Below, one piece after another: positions 1-9,909 of a stretch of DNA of 64,000 bases. This DNA is from Spirochaetia bacterium (GTDB lineage: Bacteria > Spirochaetota > Spirochaetia > SZUA-6 > Bin103): assembly GCA_965203905.1 (NCBI GenBank), contig CBDBDQ010000005.1:64001-128000 (forward strand), written 5' to 3'. Position 1 is the stretch's first letter. The number at the start of each line of letters is the position of its first letter. A model generated the notes under the pieces. The model was not told the origin of the DNA. It saw only the letters and a program-made list of their open reading frames with translations, and ran no database searches. A program made the position numbers and the translations under genes.

Positions 1-268
1 CACCCACCCTCGCCCCAGAACACACAGTCGAAATTGTCCTGCTCGCGCAGACTCAGCCTGGTGGCGCCGCCCCAATTCACCTCGCGGCAGTAGCGTGCGC
101 GTACCTCGGCCGCAGGCAGCTTCAAGAAAACGGAGAGCTGGTCCAGATCGCTCTGGGAGAGAAACACGAAACCAGGCTGATGGCGACAGCAACGTTGACA
201 GCGGGTGCAGTCGAAGCGCAACCCGTCGGCATGGAACGGACGCTCGTCCACGGCTTGCAAACTCAAGT

Positions 269-350
269 TGGGGAGAGCAGGATTCGAACCTGCGAAGGCT
301 TTGCCAACAGATTTACAGTCTGCCCCCTTTGGCCACTCGGGAATCTCCCC
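269..350 (-). tRNA. tRNA-Tyr(GTA)
   Basis: Reverse complement GGGGAGATTCCCGAGTGGCCAAAGGGGGCAGACTGTAAATCTG...GGTTCGAATCCTGCTCTCCCCA folds as a cloverleaf with a long variable arm and GTA anticodon; no encoded CCA. Confidence 0.97.
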
Positions 351-448
351 ATGCGCCCAGGGCGCCGGTCTGCCGGCCCACCCCACGGGTGTGAGAACCG
401 ACATCTATCAACAGATTCTATAACAGTGAATCCCCGCCGCTGTCAATA

Positions 449-521
449 AGCCACCTGTCGGATTCGAACCGACGACCTCGAGATTACAAGTCACGCGCTC
501 TGCCAACTGAGCTAAGGTGGC
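449..521 (-). tRNA. tRNA-Thr(TGT)
   Basis: Reverse complement GCCACCTTAGCTCAGTTGGCAGAGCGCGTGACTTGTAATCTCGAGGTCGTCGGTTCGAATCCGACAGGTGGCT; TGT anticodon; no encoded CCA. Confidence 0.96.
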
Positions 522-585
522 AGGGGAAGGAGGCCATAAACATACTACGCCCGTGCGCCGGTCCCAAGCGTACCCGCGTTCAAGT

Positions 586-948
586 TCAGAATGGCCGCTC
601 CAGATCGGGCCGCAGGCGCTGCGCCCCATCGAGGTAGACCGGTTGCGGGCGTCCGACCTGCTGCGTGTCATAGGTGACCAACAGCCGCAGGACCCGCGTC
701 ATCAGGCCCTCCACCGCCGCTTCCTGGACGCAGAACAGCGGAACCTCCCCGAACCGGTCCAGGCGCAAGCCGGTCGCCGGATTGGCCGCCGTCAGGTCCG
801 GAGTCAGCGAGCAGATTATGGAGACGATCCGCTCGATCTCGATCTGATTCCTGGCGACCACCTCGGTCGCCAGTCTGACTGCGGCCGTGTGGATCGCCTC
901 CTTGTCATCGGCGCGCACCCTGATGGCGCCGCGTACCGCCACTATCAC
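586..948 (-). CDS. aroH: Chorismate mutase, AroH class
   Basis: Motifs AVRGAI, TPDLTAANPATGLR, VPLFCVQE and VYLDGAQRLRPDL are typical of AroH; GTG at 948 follows GGAG. Confidence 0.92.
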   Translation of the reverse strand: MIVAVRGAIRVRADDKEAIHTAAVRLATEVVARNQIEIERIVSIICSLTPDLTAANPATGLRLDRFGEVPLFCVQEAAVEGLMTRVLRLLVTYDTQQVGRPQPVYLDGAQRLRPDLERPF

Positions 949-1124
949 GTCATCTCCCCAGTACCACTCGGGCCACCAGTGCACGCTGCTGTGCCGCACT
1001 CAAGGCGACCGGGTTCCCATCCGGCGGCGCCGCGAAGCGGAACCGCTCCGAGGCTAACAACGACCCCGATCCCACGGGCGCGGAAACCAGCAGTTCATGG
1101 CAGCCGAATTGTAGCGTTCCGGCC

Positions 1125-1475
1125 TCAGAGTTGGAACCAGATCAGCAGGTACATGGAGGCCAGCACCATCGCGGCGGAGAACACCGTGGCCAGCAGGGTG
1201 GCGAACAGCCTCAACAGCGCCGGGGAGGCGCCGGTGAAGACCCGCACTATTCCGTAACCCAGCCGATATACGCCGCTGCCGGAAGCGACGATGGCCGCCA
1301 GCTGCATGAGACGCAGCAACATGAGCTGAGTCTGATCGAGGAACTCCTGGACGTTGCCCAGCAGGTACAGGGCGATGAACAGCGCCAGGTGGACGAATGC
1401 GTACCAGAAGACGCGGCCGCTGAGTTCGCCCAGCGCGACGGCCATGCCGCGTACATCCAGTCGCCACGGTTGCAC
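1125..1475 (-). CDS. Small membrane protein with ~3 TM helices, unknown function
   Basis: 116-aa ORF with three hydrophobic stretches and a GNVQEFLDQTQLMLL loop; start uncertain. Confidence 0.7.
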   Translation of the reverse strand: MQPWRLDVRGMAVALGELSGRVFWYAFVHLALFIALYLLGNVQEFLDQTQLMLLRLMQLAAIVASGSGVYRLGYGIVRVFTGASPALLRLFATLLATVFSAAMVLASMYLLIWFQL

Positions 1476-1505
1476 TGCGTTCAGCGAATCCCCGATACTC
1501 GCCGC

Positions 1506-2372
1506 ATGAGGGCCCTGATCAGCATCCTGTTGCTGTTAGGTGCAGCGGGCGCCATCTTCGTGGCCGGCTGGATCCAGATTCTGCTGCCCCCCGCCACCTA
1601 CGGGGTACTCTTTTCCAAGACGGGCGGATTCGACCCCCGGGTCATGGCGCCGGGCGTCTTCGTCTGGCGCTGGGAACGGGTCATTCCCAACAATGTGACG
1701 TTGTTCCTGTTCGAAGTACAGCCCCATTCCATCGAGACACGCCTCAGTGGCGAACTGCCTTCCGCGGAAGCGGTCGCCAGCATGCTTCCCGGCGCTGCCA
1801 GTGCTGCCGATTTCCGCTACCAGGCGACGGTCAGCGTGACCTTCGCCATCCGTCCCGACGCGCTCCCCGCGCTGGTGTCCGGCCAGGGCCTGACGCCGGA
1901 AGACCTGGACCACTGGACCGGGATGAAGGGAACCGCGGTGGCCCGGGCCGCCCTGGAGCTGCTGCAACGGCGAGCCCAGGCTGCGGCGCTGTCGGATCTG
2001 GCAGCGCTGGAAGCGGAGATTCGCGACCCGCTGGCTGCAAGGTTTCCCGAGCTGCAGGTGCTTGGCGTCCGCTTCAGCGATCTCCACTTGCCCGACATCG
2101 AGATCTACGAACGCGGCCGACGCGCCTACCTGGAGCTGATGAACTCCCAGTATGAAGCGCGGCGGGCGGCGGTTGTCGACCTCGCACAGGAGCGCGAACG
2201 CGGTCTCGCCGCCCAGGAGACGCGCCGCGCCGCGCTGCAGGTGCTGCGCGAGTACGGGATGGTGCTGCAGGAGTATCCCGTCCTGATCCAGTTCCTGGCC
2301 CTGCAGAACGGCGCCGGCCGAGACGCCTTTCTCAACCTGCCGGAGCCGCTTTCAGCCACGGAGACCCCCTGA
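1506..2372 (+). CDS. Membrane-anchored SPFH/band-7-like protein
   Basis: N-terminal TM, then YGVLFSKTGGFD..PGVFVWRWERVIP and a C-terminal coiled coil ending YGMVLQEYPVLIQFL; GATACT lies 6 nt before the ATG. Confidence 0.7.
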   Translation: MRALISILLLLGAAGAIFVAGWIQILLPPATYGVLFSKTGGFDPRVMAPGVFVWRWERVIPNNVTLFLFEVQPHSIETRLSGELPSAEAVASMLPGAASAADFRYQATVSVTFAIRPDALPALVSGQGLTPEDLDHWTGMKGTAVARAALELLQRRAQAAALSDLAALEAEIRDPLAARFPELQVLGVRFSDLHLPDIEIYERGRRAYLELMNSQYEARRAAVVDLAQERERGLAAQETRRAALQVLREYGMVLQEYPVLIQFLALQNGAGRDAFLNLPEPLSATETP

Positions 2373-2384
2373 CAGCCCGCCGCC

Positions 2385-3044
2385 TCAGCCGGGCGGTAAG
2401 GGAAGCGCTGCCAGGTTGCGGATCATCAGCATCCGGCCCTGGCCCACGGTCACCTGCCACTCATCGGTCACTACCACGTTGCTGACGCTGGCGAAGCCGC
2501 GCTGGAAGCACAGTCCATCCAGCGGCCAGCGCAAACCGCGCGAGACCAACCCGGACACCTTCGCGGACAGCGGGAACAGCGACACCGTGCTGTGGCGATG
2601 CCCGGAGAATCGCGCGGTGCCGGCGATCACCTCCATGTGCTCGGCGGCGGTAAGCCAGACGCGAAGCCGCCGATCGCGCTCGAACAGGCCCAGCACGGCG
2701 AGTTGGTGGTCGAACCGCCCAGCGCCGCCGCCGGCTACGATCACCCGGACGCAACCCAGCTCCGCCAGCGCTTCCAGACCGAGCTCGGCGTCGGTCAGCG
2801 CCTTGTCCGCCGCGGCCCGGCGGACGCGCTGCGGCGGCAGCGCGTCCAGTTCCCGACGGTGGATCACGGAGTCGAAATCACCGACCACCAGGTCCGGCTG
2901 CAGCCCCAGCTCCAAGGCCAGGTCGAATCCGCTGTCCGCGGCCACCACCTCGGCAACACCGCACAGGTAGGGTGCAACGACCTCGCGCGACGGCCCGGCG
3001 CCACCGAGCAGCAGGAGGCCGGCGGGTCCCGCGGAGTCAGCCAT
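2385..3044 (-). CDS. thiN: Thiamine diphosphokinase
   Basis: Motifs AADSG, VGDFDS, DKALTDAE, GGGAGRFDH, GLRWPL and SVSN. Confidence 0.93.
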   Translation of the reverse strand: MADSAGPAGLLLLGGAGPSREVVAPYLCGVAEVVAADSGFDLALELGLQPDLVVGDFDSVIHRRELDALPPQRVRRAAADKALTDAELGLEALAELGCVRVIVAGGGAGRFDHQLAVLGLFERDRRLRVWLTAAEHMEVIAGTARFSGHRHSTVSLFPLSAKVSGLVSRGLRWPLDGLCFQRGFASVSNVVVTDEWQVTVGQGRMLMIRNLAALPLPPG

Positions 3045-3157
3045 CGCGACACTGTAACGCGCCGTTCGCGCAGCTCACAACCGACCCCGGTGGGCCGCCC
3101 GTGCGCCTGGCGCCAAACGCAGGGCGGAGGAGTCCCGAAGCGAGGTACACTATCACC

Positions 3158-4576
3158 GTGGTGCCGTCCGTTCCCCGAGTGGTCAAGCGTTTCGCACGCC
3201 CGTTTGCCGCCAGTGGGTTCCAATGCTGGCTGGTGGGCGGCGCGGTGCGGGACCTGTTCATGCGTCGCTCCGGCGGCGACTACGACCTGGCCACCGATGC
3301 CCGACCCGAGCAGGTGCGTGCGCTGTACCGGCACGCCATTCCCACCGGCGTGCGACACGGCACGGTGACCGTCCCGTACGCCGGGCACCACATTGAAGTC
3401 ACCACCTTCCGCAGCGAGTCCGACTACCGCGACGGGCGGCGTCCGGCCCAGGTCAGCTTTGCTACCTCCATCGAGGAGGATCTGAGCCGGCGCGACTTCA
3501 CCATCAACGGAATCGCCATGGAGGTGCCGGGCGGACGCATCGTCGACCCGTTCGGCGGCCGCGGCGACCTGGAGCGCAGGCTGATCCGCGCCATCGGGGA
3601 CGCCGCGCAGCGCTTCGCCGAGGACGGGCTGCGACCGCTACGCGCCTGCCGCTTCGCCGCGCAACTCGGGTTTCAGGTCGACGCTCCCACGCAGGATGCG
3701 ATCGGCCCCAGCCTGGGCACCGTGCAGCGCGTGTCCGCGGAGCGCATCCGTGGTGAAATCGAGGCGATCCTGCTCGCCCCGAAGCCCTCGGCAGGCCTCT
3801 GGCTGATGCAGGAGACCGGGTTGCTCGACCTTCTGCTTCCCGAGTTGCAGCGCTGCGTCGGAGTCGAGCAGCGCCAGCCGCCCGGCCGCCCCGCCGGCGC
3901 GCCGGAATTCGACGTGTTCACCCACTCACTGGCGGCCTGCGACGCCAGTGAGCCGGAGCTGGAGTTGCGCTGGGCGGGCCTGTTGCACGATGTCGGCAAG
4001 GCCACCACCCTGGTCCGCGCCGCCGACGGATCCTTGAGCTTCCACCATCACGACCGAGAGTCGGCCCGCATGGCGCACGAGATCCTGGAGCGGCTGCGTG
4101 CGCCGCACTCGCTGCGCGACGGCGTTGCCCACCTGGTCGCGCATCACATGTTCAACTTCGACGAACAATGGTCGGACGCCGCGGTTCGCCGCTTCGTGGC
4201 GCGTGTCGGCCGCGACCGGATCGACAAGCTGCTGGCGCTGCGCAGAGCGGACCAGCTCGGACGTTACGGCGAGGAGCACCGAACGCGCCCCTCGCCCCGG
4301 CTGGTCGCCCTGGCGCAACGGGTCAGCGCCGTGATGGAGCGCCGGGAAGCCGTTACGGTGCGCGACCTGGCGGTCAACGGCAGCGACCTGATGGCGCATC
4401 TGAACCTGGCGCCGGGACCGATCATCGGCATCCTGCTGCGGCAGCTCCTGGAAGCGGTGCTCGAAGATCCGGCGCTCAACGAGCGCGACCGCCTGTTGCA
4501 CTACGCCGGCAACTTCCACCGCTCACGTCTGGTGGACGGCACCGCCGCCTCTGCGCGCCGGCAACCGCCGGGCTGA
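3158..4576 (+). CDS. cca: CCA tRNA nucleotidyltransferase with HD domain
   Basis: Motifs LVGGAVRD, DYDLAT, EVTTFR, DLSRRDFTIN, EDGLRPLR, LLHDVGK and LAVNGSDL. Confidence 0.92.
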   Translation: MVPSVPRVVKRFARPFAASGFQCWLVGGAVRDLFMRRSGGDYDLATDARPEQVRALYRHAIPTGVRHGTVTVPYAGHHIEVTTFRSESDYRDGRRPAQVSFATSIEEDLSRRDFTINGIAMEVPGGRIVDPFGGRGDLERRLIRAIGDAAQRFAEDGLRPLRACRFAAQLGFQVDAPTQDAIGPSLGTVQRVSAERIRGEIEAILLAPKPSAGLWLMQETGLLDLLLPELQRCVGVEQRQPPGRPAGAPEFDVFTHSLAACDASEPELELRWAGLLHDVGKATTLVRAADGSLSFHHHDRESARMAHEILERLRAPHSLRDGVAHLVAHHMFNFDEQWSDAAVRRFVARVGRDRIDKLLALRRADQLGRYGEEHRTRPSPRLVALAQRVSAVMERREAVTVRDLAVNGSDLMAHLNLAPGPIIGILLRQLLEAVLEDPALNERDRLLHYAGNFHRSRLVDGTAASARRQPPG

Positions 4577-4587
4577 GCGCTGCGCGG

Positions 4588-5394
4588 TCAGGAACGGGCG
4601 CGCCGGAGGCCCGATGGGCCGTCGCTGGACGGGGCGGAGTCGTTCAGTGCCGCGTAGGCGTGAGAAGCAGCCTCCTGCTCCGCCTCCTTCTTGTTCTTGC
4701 CGGAACCCGGCCCGTAGACGTGGCCGTTGAGCCGTACCTCGATCCAGAAGGTTCTGTCGTGATCGGGCCCCTCCTGCCGCACTACCCGGTACCGCGGGTA
4801 GGAGCGATAGCGCTTCTGAGCCAGCTCCTGCAGCAGGGTCTTGAAGTCCTGGCGGTGGGTGTTGCTCAGCACCCGGTGAATCTCCACCCGCAGGTGACGC
4901 AGCACGAACTCCTGCGCCGCTGCGCCGCCGGCGTCGAGGTAATAGGCGCCGATTATCGCTTCCATGGCATCGGCCATGATCGCCTTCCTGCCGCGGCCGC
5001 CCGAACGCTCTTCGCCGCGACCGATCAGGAGGTAGTCCTGCAGGCGTAGCTGCGTCGCCCAGTCGTACAAGGTTTCCTCGCTCACCACGAACGACTTGAT
5101 ACGCGCCAGCTCGCCCTCGGTGCGGCGACCGCTCGTCGCGTACAACTCGTCGCTGATCGCCAGACCCAGGACGGCATCACCGAGGAACTCGAGCTTCTCG
5201 TTGTTGGCCAGCGTACCGGGACCCGCCTCGTGAGCGAACGAACGGTGACACAACGCCAGATTGAGCAGGCTCGCATCGCGGAAACGGATTGCCGCGCTAC
5301 GCTCGAAGCGCCGCAGCCGGGCGTAGCGGGCGCGGTCGACCGGCGGAGCGGGCTCCGCGGATGCGCGGCTCCTGCGACGACGTATGAAGGGCAT
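4588..5394 (-). CDS. rnc: Ribonuclease III
   Basis: NEKLEFLGDAVL signature, ADAMEAIIGA and C-terminal dsRBD (DFKTLLQE...KKEAEQEAA). Confidence 0.97.
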   Translation of the reverse strand: MPFIRRRRSRASAEPAPPVDRARYARLRRFERSAAIRFRDASLLNLALCHRSFAHEAGPGTLANNEKLEFLGDAVLGLAISDELYATSGRRTEGELARIKSFVVSEETLYDWATQLRLQDYLLIGRGEERSGGRGRKAIMADAMEAIIGAYYLDAGGAAAQEFVLRHLRVEIHRVLSNTHRQDFKTLLQELAQKRYRSYPRYRVVRQEGPDHDRTFWIEVRLNGHVYGPGSGKNKKEAEQEAASHAYAALNDSAPSSDGPSGLRRARS

Positions 5395-5456
5395 GTCTCC
5401 TCTCCCGCCGGGGAGCGGCGGCGTCGGGGTGGCGATCCACGCCCGACGGAGGGCGG

Positions 5457-5702
5457 CTACTTGTTGCTGACCTGAGACTCGATGAAGGCGAGCGCGTCCT
5501 TGACCGTCTCGAACTCGTTTGCCTTCTCGTCGGGGATGGTGATCCCCAACTCTTCCTCAATGGCGTACACGAGCTCGTAGGTATCCAGACTGTCAGCTCC
5601 CAGATCCTGACGAAATGACGATTCGAGCGTGATCTTGCCCTCGTCGATCTCCAGACGGTCGGCGATGAGCTTCTTCATCTTGTCGAAAAGCTGGTCGTCC
5701 AT
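5457..5702 (-). CDS. acpP: Acyl carrier protein
   Basis: DLGADSLD phosphopantetheine site; GGAGG RBS upstream. Confidence 0.97.
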   Translation of the reverse strand: MDDQLFDKMKKLIADRLEIDEGKITLESSFRQDLGADSLDTYELVYAIEEELGITIPDEKANEFETVKDALAFIESQVSNK

Positions 5703-5730
5703 CGAAATGCCCTCCAAGGCTACGAGCCGG

Positions 5731-5925
5731 TTACGCCAAGTCGTCCGGACTCAGCACCTGACGTCCGCGATAGTGGCCGCAAGCATGGCACACGCGGTGC
5801 AATACCATCCGACTGCCACACTGTGGGCACTCGATGATGCTCGGAAGTGAAACACGCATGTTGACTGCACGCCTGCGACGGCTCCGCGCTTTGGAGTGTT
5901 TCCGTCTTGGCCCTATAGACGCCAT
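5731..5925 (-). CDS. rpmF: 50S ribosomal protein L32 (zinc-ribbon type)
   Basis: PRRKHSKARSRRRR, CPQCG and HRVCHACGHYRGRQV. Confidence 0.95.
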   Translation of the reverse strand: MASIGPRRKHSKARSRRRRAVNMRVSLPSIIECPQCGSRMVLHRVCHACGHYRGRQVLSPDDLA

Positions 5926-6033
5926 TCTCTGTTCCCGATTCGGCGCGCCGGCTAACGACGCTCACGTAATAGTTTAGTGGACCGCCACGGTCCGGCCCCC
6001 TGACGGGACGCGCAGCCGTGGCAAAGCTTGCGA

Positions 6034-6063
6034 AAACTAACGTACCGCGCACGCAAATGTCAA
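6034..6063 (-). promoter_or_regulatory. Putative sigma70 promoter of rpmF-acpP-rnc
   Basis: TTGACA-N18-TAGTTT on the minus strand. Confidence 0.55.
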
Positions 6064-6172
6064 GCGACAGGAGGCGGGAGAGGCGGGAGACCTTGGTGAT
6101 CTCGCGGCCCCGGTTCGCCACCCGCCGCTCCACCGACCTGCCAGCGGCTGGCCGTGGGCAGGTGCCGCGCGC

Positions 6173-6670
6173 TCAGCCTGTCGGTGACGTGGCCAGGCGG
6201 CCCAGCTTCTGCGTCAGTGCCCGGGCCACCACTTCCGGCACCATGCTGCGGACGTCGCCACCGAAGCGGGCCACCTCCTTGATGCCGGACGAACGCAACA
6301 CGAAGTATTTCTGGTCGGTGGGGAGGAAAATCGTCTCGATCCGGGGGAACAGCGCCTTGTTCATCATCGACAGCTCGAATTCGTACTCGAAGTCGGAGAG
6401 GGCACGCACCCCGCGCAACAGGGTGTGGATCCCCTCGCGGCGAGCGAACTCGACGATCAGCCCCTGCCACACGTGCACCTCGGCGTTGGGAAGATCCCGC
6501 ACCAGGCTGGTGATCATCTCCAGTCGCTCCTGAGCCGAGAACAAGGCAGCCTTGTCGGGATTGACGGCGATCACCACCACCACCCTGCCGAACATGCGCG
6601 CCGCGCGGCGCATCAGGTCCAGGTGCCCATTGGTGGGAGGATCGAAGGTACCGGGGAAGATTACCTGCAT
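6173..6670 (-). CDS. coaD: Phosphopantetheine adenylyltransferase
   Basis: FPGTFDPPTNGHLD, RGVRALSDFEYE and SSGIKEVARFGGD. Confidence 0.97.
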   Translation of the reverse strand: MQVIFPGTFDPPTNGHLDLMRRAARMFGRVVVVIAVNPDKAALFSAQERLEMITSLVRDLPNAEVHVWQGLIVEFARREGIHTLLRGVRALSDFEYEFELSMMNKALFPRIETIFLPTDQKYFVLRSSGIKEVARFGGDVRSMVPEVVARALTQKLGRLATSPTG

Positions 6671-6704
6671 GGCACGCTACCGCCCCGAAGCCGGCATATT
6701 CGGA

Positions 6705-6869
6705 TTAGTCTCCCTTGCGGCTGTTGCGGCGGGTAAGCGGATGGTCGCCGGGGACCAGGATGTCAGCCAGCACCGATGCTACCTGAACCAGCGCGTACGC
6801 GAGGTAGTGCGGATCGCGGAGCTTCCGGCGATACTCCGCCAGGCGACGGGCGTCCAGCGCTCCGTTCAC
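6705..6869 (-). CDS. Small hypothetical protein, 54 aa (not in the ORF track)
   Basis: GTG overlaps the yraN stop (GTGA); reads MNGALDARRLAEYRRKLRDPHYLAYALVQVASVLADILVPGDHPLTRRNSRKGD and ends at TAA. Confidence 0.65.
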   Translation of the reverse strand: MNGALDARRLAEYRRKLRDPHYLAYALVQVASVLADILVPGDHPLTRRNSRKGD

Positions 6870-7225
6870 CCTTCGAACGCTCCCACGACATGCAGCGCGA
6901 CACTGCCGTCGCGGACCAGGATAACGTCGAACCGCTGCCGCAATGACCCATAACGAGAGAAATTACGCATCAGGTACACGCGCGCCACCGAAACCATGCG
7001 CCGCTGTTTGCGGCGATCTACGGCATGTTCCAGGCCCTCGGCAGGGAGCCTGCGCCAGGACTTCACTTCCACGAACACCAACTCTTCGCCGTGGCGTGCG
7101 ACAAGATCGATCTCACCGCGACGGGTACGCACGTTACGGTCCACGACCCGGTAGCCGAGCCGGCGCAGGTAGACCGCGGCGATGGATTCACCGATGGGGC
7201 CCCGTTGTGCCGAACCACGCGCCAA
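6866..7225 (-). CDS. yraN: YraN (UPF0102) family nuclease-fold protein
   Basis: GESIAAVYL...GYRVVDRN, GEIDLVA, LVFVEVK and RFDVI. Confidence 0.92.
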   Translation of the reverse strand: MARGSAQRGPIGESIAAVYLRRLGYRVVDRNVRTRRGEIDLVARHGEELVFVEVKSWRRLPAEGLEHAVDRRKQRRMVSVARVYLMRNFSRYGSLRQRFDVILVRDGSVALHVVGAFEG

Positions 7226-7632
7226 TCTCCCCGCACCTCCCGGCCGGGCGTTGCCCGCAGCAGCTCAGCGGCACGAACGGCTCCAGCGTCCTGCCGCTGC
7301 GGTGCGGGCTTCCGCCACATTCTCCAAGAGTATCAATGCCCGCCCGTGACGCGGCGCTTTTGCCAAGTGGCCATTTTCCATTCATGCCAGTCATGAGGCC
7401 TTCGCCAAGCCCGCCGTTGACAGGCGGCGCCGGGCCATCCAACCGGGCCCGCTGGACCGGGGTCCAGCCGCCCCGTGACGGCCAGCCGGCGGTCCGGCCT
7501 CAAGCCCTGCGGGGCTTGGTCGCGGCGCACCGACTCCTCGCTAATAGTATCGTCAACTTCGCGCCGCAGATTATGAACTTTCGAAGCGCCGGTTGCCGTG
7601 CGGGCTGCCTCGCCCGCCGGCGCCGCCCGCCC

Positions 7633-7992
7633 TCAGCGCTTGGCGGCGACCAGTTCCTTGACCTTGGCGGCCTTGCCCACGCGATCGCGCAGGTAGTAGA
7701 GCTTGGCACGCCGCACGCGGCCGCGGCGAACCACTTCGATGCGGGCGATCTTGGGGCTATGCATCGGGAATACCCGCTCGACGCCGATTCCGTACGACAT
7801 CTTGCGAACCATACAGGTCCGACCCAACCCCTTGCCGCGAATACTGATGCAGATCCCTTCATAAACCTGCACCCGCTCGGTCTTGCCCTCGATGATCCTG
7901 AAGTGGACGCGAATCGTGTCGCCCACGGCGAACGGGGTAAGGTCGTCCCGCGCCTGCGGCTGCTCCACCTCGCGCAATAGCTGGTTACTCAT
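7633..7992 (-). CDS. rplS: 50S ribosomal protein L19
   Basis: [23 protein letters not shown] and [12 protein letters not shown]. Confidence 0.98.
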   Translation of the reverse strand: MSNQLLREVEQPQARDDLTPFAVGDTIRVHFRIIEGKTERVQVYEGICISIRGKGLGRTCMVRKMSYGIGVERVFPMHSPKIARIEVVRRGRVRRAKLYYLRDRVGKAAKVKELVAAKR

Positions 7993-8704
7993 GTTCCTTG
8001 CCTCCAATCGGTGCTGGTATCGGCGTCGGCGCGGGCGGTCGCGCCAACAGGTCGGGACGGTAGCGCTGGGTCTTCATCAGACGCTGCTCGTGGCGCCACG
8101 CCTCGATCCGGGCATGGTTCCCCGACAGCAGCACGCCCGGTACCCGCTGGCCGTCGAACTCTTCCGGCCGGGTGTAATGGGGGTACTCCAGAAGATTGTC
8201 CGCAAAGCTCTCATCACGCAGCGACTCCCGGTTGATCACCCCGTGTACCACCCGTGCCACCGCTTCTATCACCACCATCGCGGCCACCTCGCCGCCGCCG
8301 AGCACGTAATCGCCGATGGACAGTTCCTCGTCGACATAGCGGTCGATGATGCGCTGATCGACCCCTTCGTAGCGTCCTGCAATCAGCAGAATCGACTCAC
8401 GCGCCGCATAATCCTGCACCACGCGCTGGTTGAGCAGCCGCCCGGCGGGGGACAGATACACCGTCCACCGGTGGCTCGCGTCCAGGCTGGTGAGAGCCGC
8501 CGCCAGCGGCTCGGGCCGCAGTACCATACCGGCGCCGCCGCCGTAGGGGTAGTCGTCACAGGTACGGTGTCGGTCCCTCGCAAACTCACGCAGCGCCACC
8601 AGCTCGATCTCCACCTGTCCGGCGCGCCGCGCACGACCGAGAATGCTGGTATCCAGGAACCCGGCGAAGATCTCCGGGAACAGGGTCAGGACGGTAAACT
8701 TCAT
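7985..8704 (-). CDS. trmD: tRNA (guanine37-N1)-methyltransferase
   Basis: [42 protein letters not shown] and [10 protein letters not shown]. Confidence 0.98.
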   Translation of the reverse strand: MKFTVLTLFPEIFAGFLDTSILGRARRAGQVEIELVALREFARDRHRTCDDYPYGGGAGMVLRPEPLAAALTSLDASHRWTVYLSPAGRLLNQRVVQDYAARESILLIAGRYEGVDQRIIDRYVDEELSIGDYVLGGGEVAAMVVIEAVARVVHGVINRESLRDESFADNLLEYPHYTRPEEFDGQRVPGVLLSGNHARIEAWRHEQRLMKTQRYRPDLLARPPAPTPIPAPIGGKEHE

Positions 8705-9213
8705 GGCCGCTCGAATTCGTCCGCCAGCTCGATGCGCCGCGCGTCTACGTTCACGTAAGGTACGAACATTTCGCGAAACGGGACCAGGAACGGCTCGCCG
8801 GCGGTATCGGTAACCTCCAGCATGTCGCCACCGCCGGCATCGATCACGTTGGTCACCGTACCGACCGCGCGCGCTCCCTGATAGACGGCGCAGCGGCACA
8901 GGTCGGCCGCATAGAACTCGCCCGGATGCAGCATGCTGGCCTGGCAGCGCGGAACCCACAGCTCCCACCCGGTCAAGTCGCGTGCCTGCTCGCGGGCACT
9001 CACCCCATCGAATCGCATGATCACCTTGGCGCCAACCTGCCGCACCTCGGCCACGGTGCCGCACCGCCGCCGGCCGCTGCGCCGCTCGCGAAGCTCCACC
9101 TCACGCAGCCGGAACAGGTGTTCGGTATCGCCCGAAAAACTGCGTACCGCCTGCATGCCGTGCACGCCGTAGGGCGCACCGAGGCGTGCAGTGGCGACCT
9201 TCGCATCGCGCAT
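8701..9213 (-). CDS. rimM: Ribosome maturation factor RimM
   Basis: GAPYGVHG, GEFYAADL and FLVPFREMFV; canonical position between khpA and trmD; start uncertain (9213 or 9234). Confidence 0.93.
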   Translation of the reverse strand: MRDAKVATARLGAPYGVHGMQAVRSFSGDTEHLFRLREVELRERRSGRRRCGTVAEVRQVGAKVIMRFDGVSAREQARDLTGWELWVPRCQASMLHPGEFYAADLCRCAVYQGARAVGTVTNVIDAGGGDMLEVTDTAGEPFLVPFREMFVPYVNVDARRIELADEFERP

Positions 9214-9344
9214 GGGACCATCGTTCACCGGCACAGCGGCGCTCCGACCCGAGACAGGGAACCCTCTGGCAGGGAACCCTAACGCCCCGATACCGTCGCC
9301 TTTCGGCGTCGCTGCTGGCCCATCCCGTCCTGGTGATCCAGATC

Positions 9345-9578
9345 CTAGTCGAGGATCTCCAGTACCACGCGCTTGCCGGTCTTGGTTGCGGAGGCACTCA
9401 GGATGGTGCGAATCGACTTGGCGATCCTGCCATGCTTACCGATCACCTTGCCAAGGTCGTCGCCGGCAACACGCAGCTCCAGGATCGTCGACTTCTCGCC
9501 TTCGATCATATTTACGATGACCGCTTCCGGCTCGTCGACCAATGACCTTGCGATGAACTCTACGAGTTCCTTTTCCAC
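9345..9578 (-). CDS. khpA: KH-domain RNA-binding protein KhpA
   Basis: [21 protein letters not shown]; lies between rpsP and rimM. Confidence 0.95.
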   Translation of the reverse strand: MEKELVEFIARSLVDEPEAVIVNMIEGEKSTILELRVAGDDLGKVIGKHGRIAKSIRTILSASATKTGKRVVLEILD

Positions 9579-9625
9579 GTGATGCTCCTGGTCAGAAAGG
9601 CCCCGAGGGGCTCCCTAGCAGCCCG

Positions 9626-9883
9626 CTAGCCGCTGGTGATCTGGACGTCCTTCTTGTTCAGAAGGCGCCGTACGGTCGGGCTCGGTCGCGCCCCGCGCTG
9701 CAACCAGTCCCTGATCCGCGGCTCGTCGATGCGGATCTGCTCCTCTTCCGGCTCGATGGGGTGGTACAGGCCAACTTCCTCGATGGCGCGGCCATCGCGC
9801 GGGGCACGCGTATCCATGACCACCATCCGATAGTAGGGGCGCTTCCTGGTACCGAAGCGCTTCAATCGTATCTTGACACTCAA
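9626..9883 (-). CDS. rpsP: 30S ribosomal protein S16
   Basis: VKIRLKRFG, PYYRMVV, PRDGRAIEEVGLYHP and GARPSPTV. Confidence 0.98.
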   Translation of the reverse strand: MSVKIRLKRFGTRKRPYYRMVVMDTRAPRDGRAIEEVGLYHPIEPEEEQIRIDEPRIRDWLQRGARPSPTVRRLLNKKDVQITSG

Positions 9884-9909
9884 TCTGATCTGGCTCCTTG
9901 GCGTATGGA

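Noticed and set aside
478-495. U-U mismatch in the tRNA-Thr anticodon stem
   Set aside because: A single internal mismatch is tolerated in many tRNAs and the rest of the cloverleaf is canonical.
95-671. Short ORFs 95..394, 180..449, 205..423 and 408..671
   Set aside because: They overlap the tRNA-Tyr and tRNA-Thr genes and have no protein-like features.
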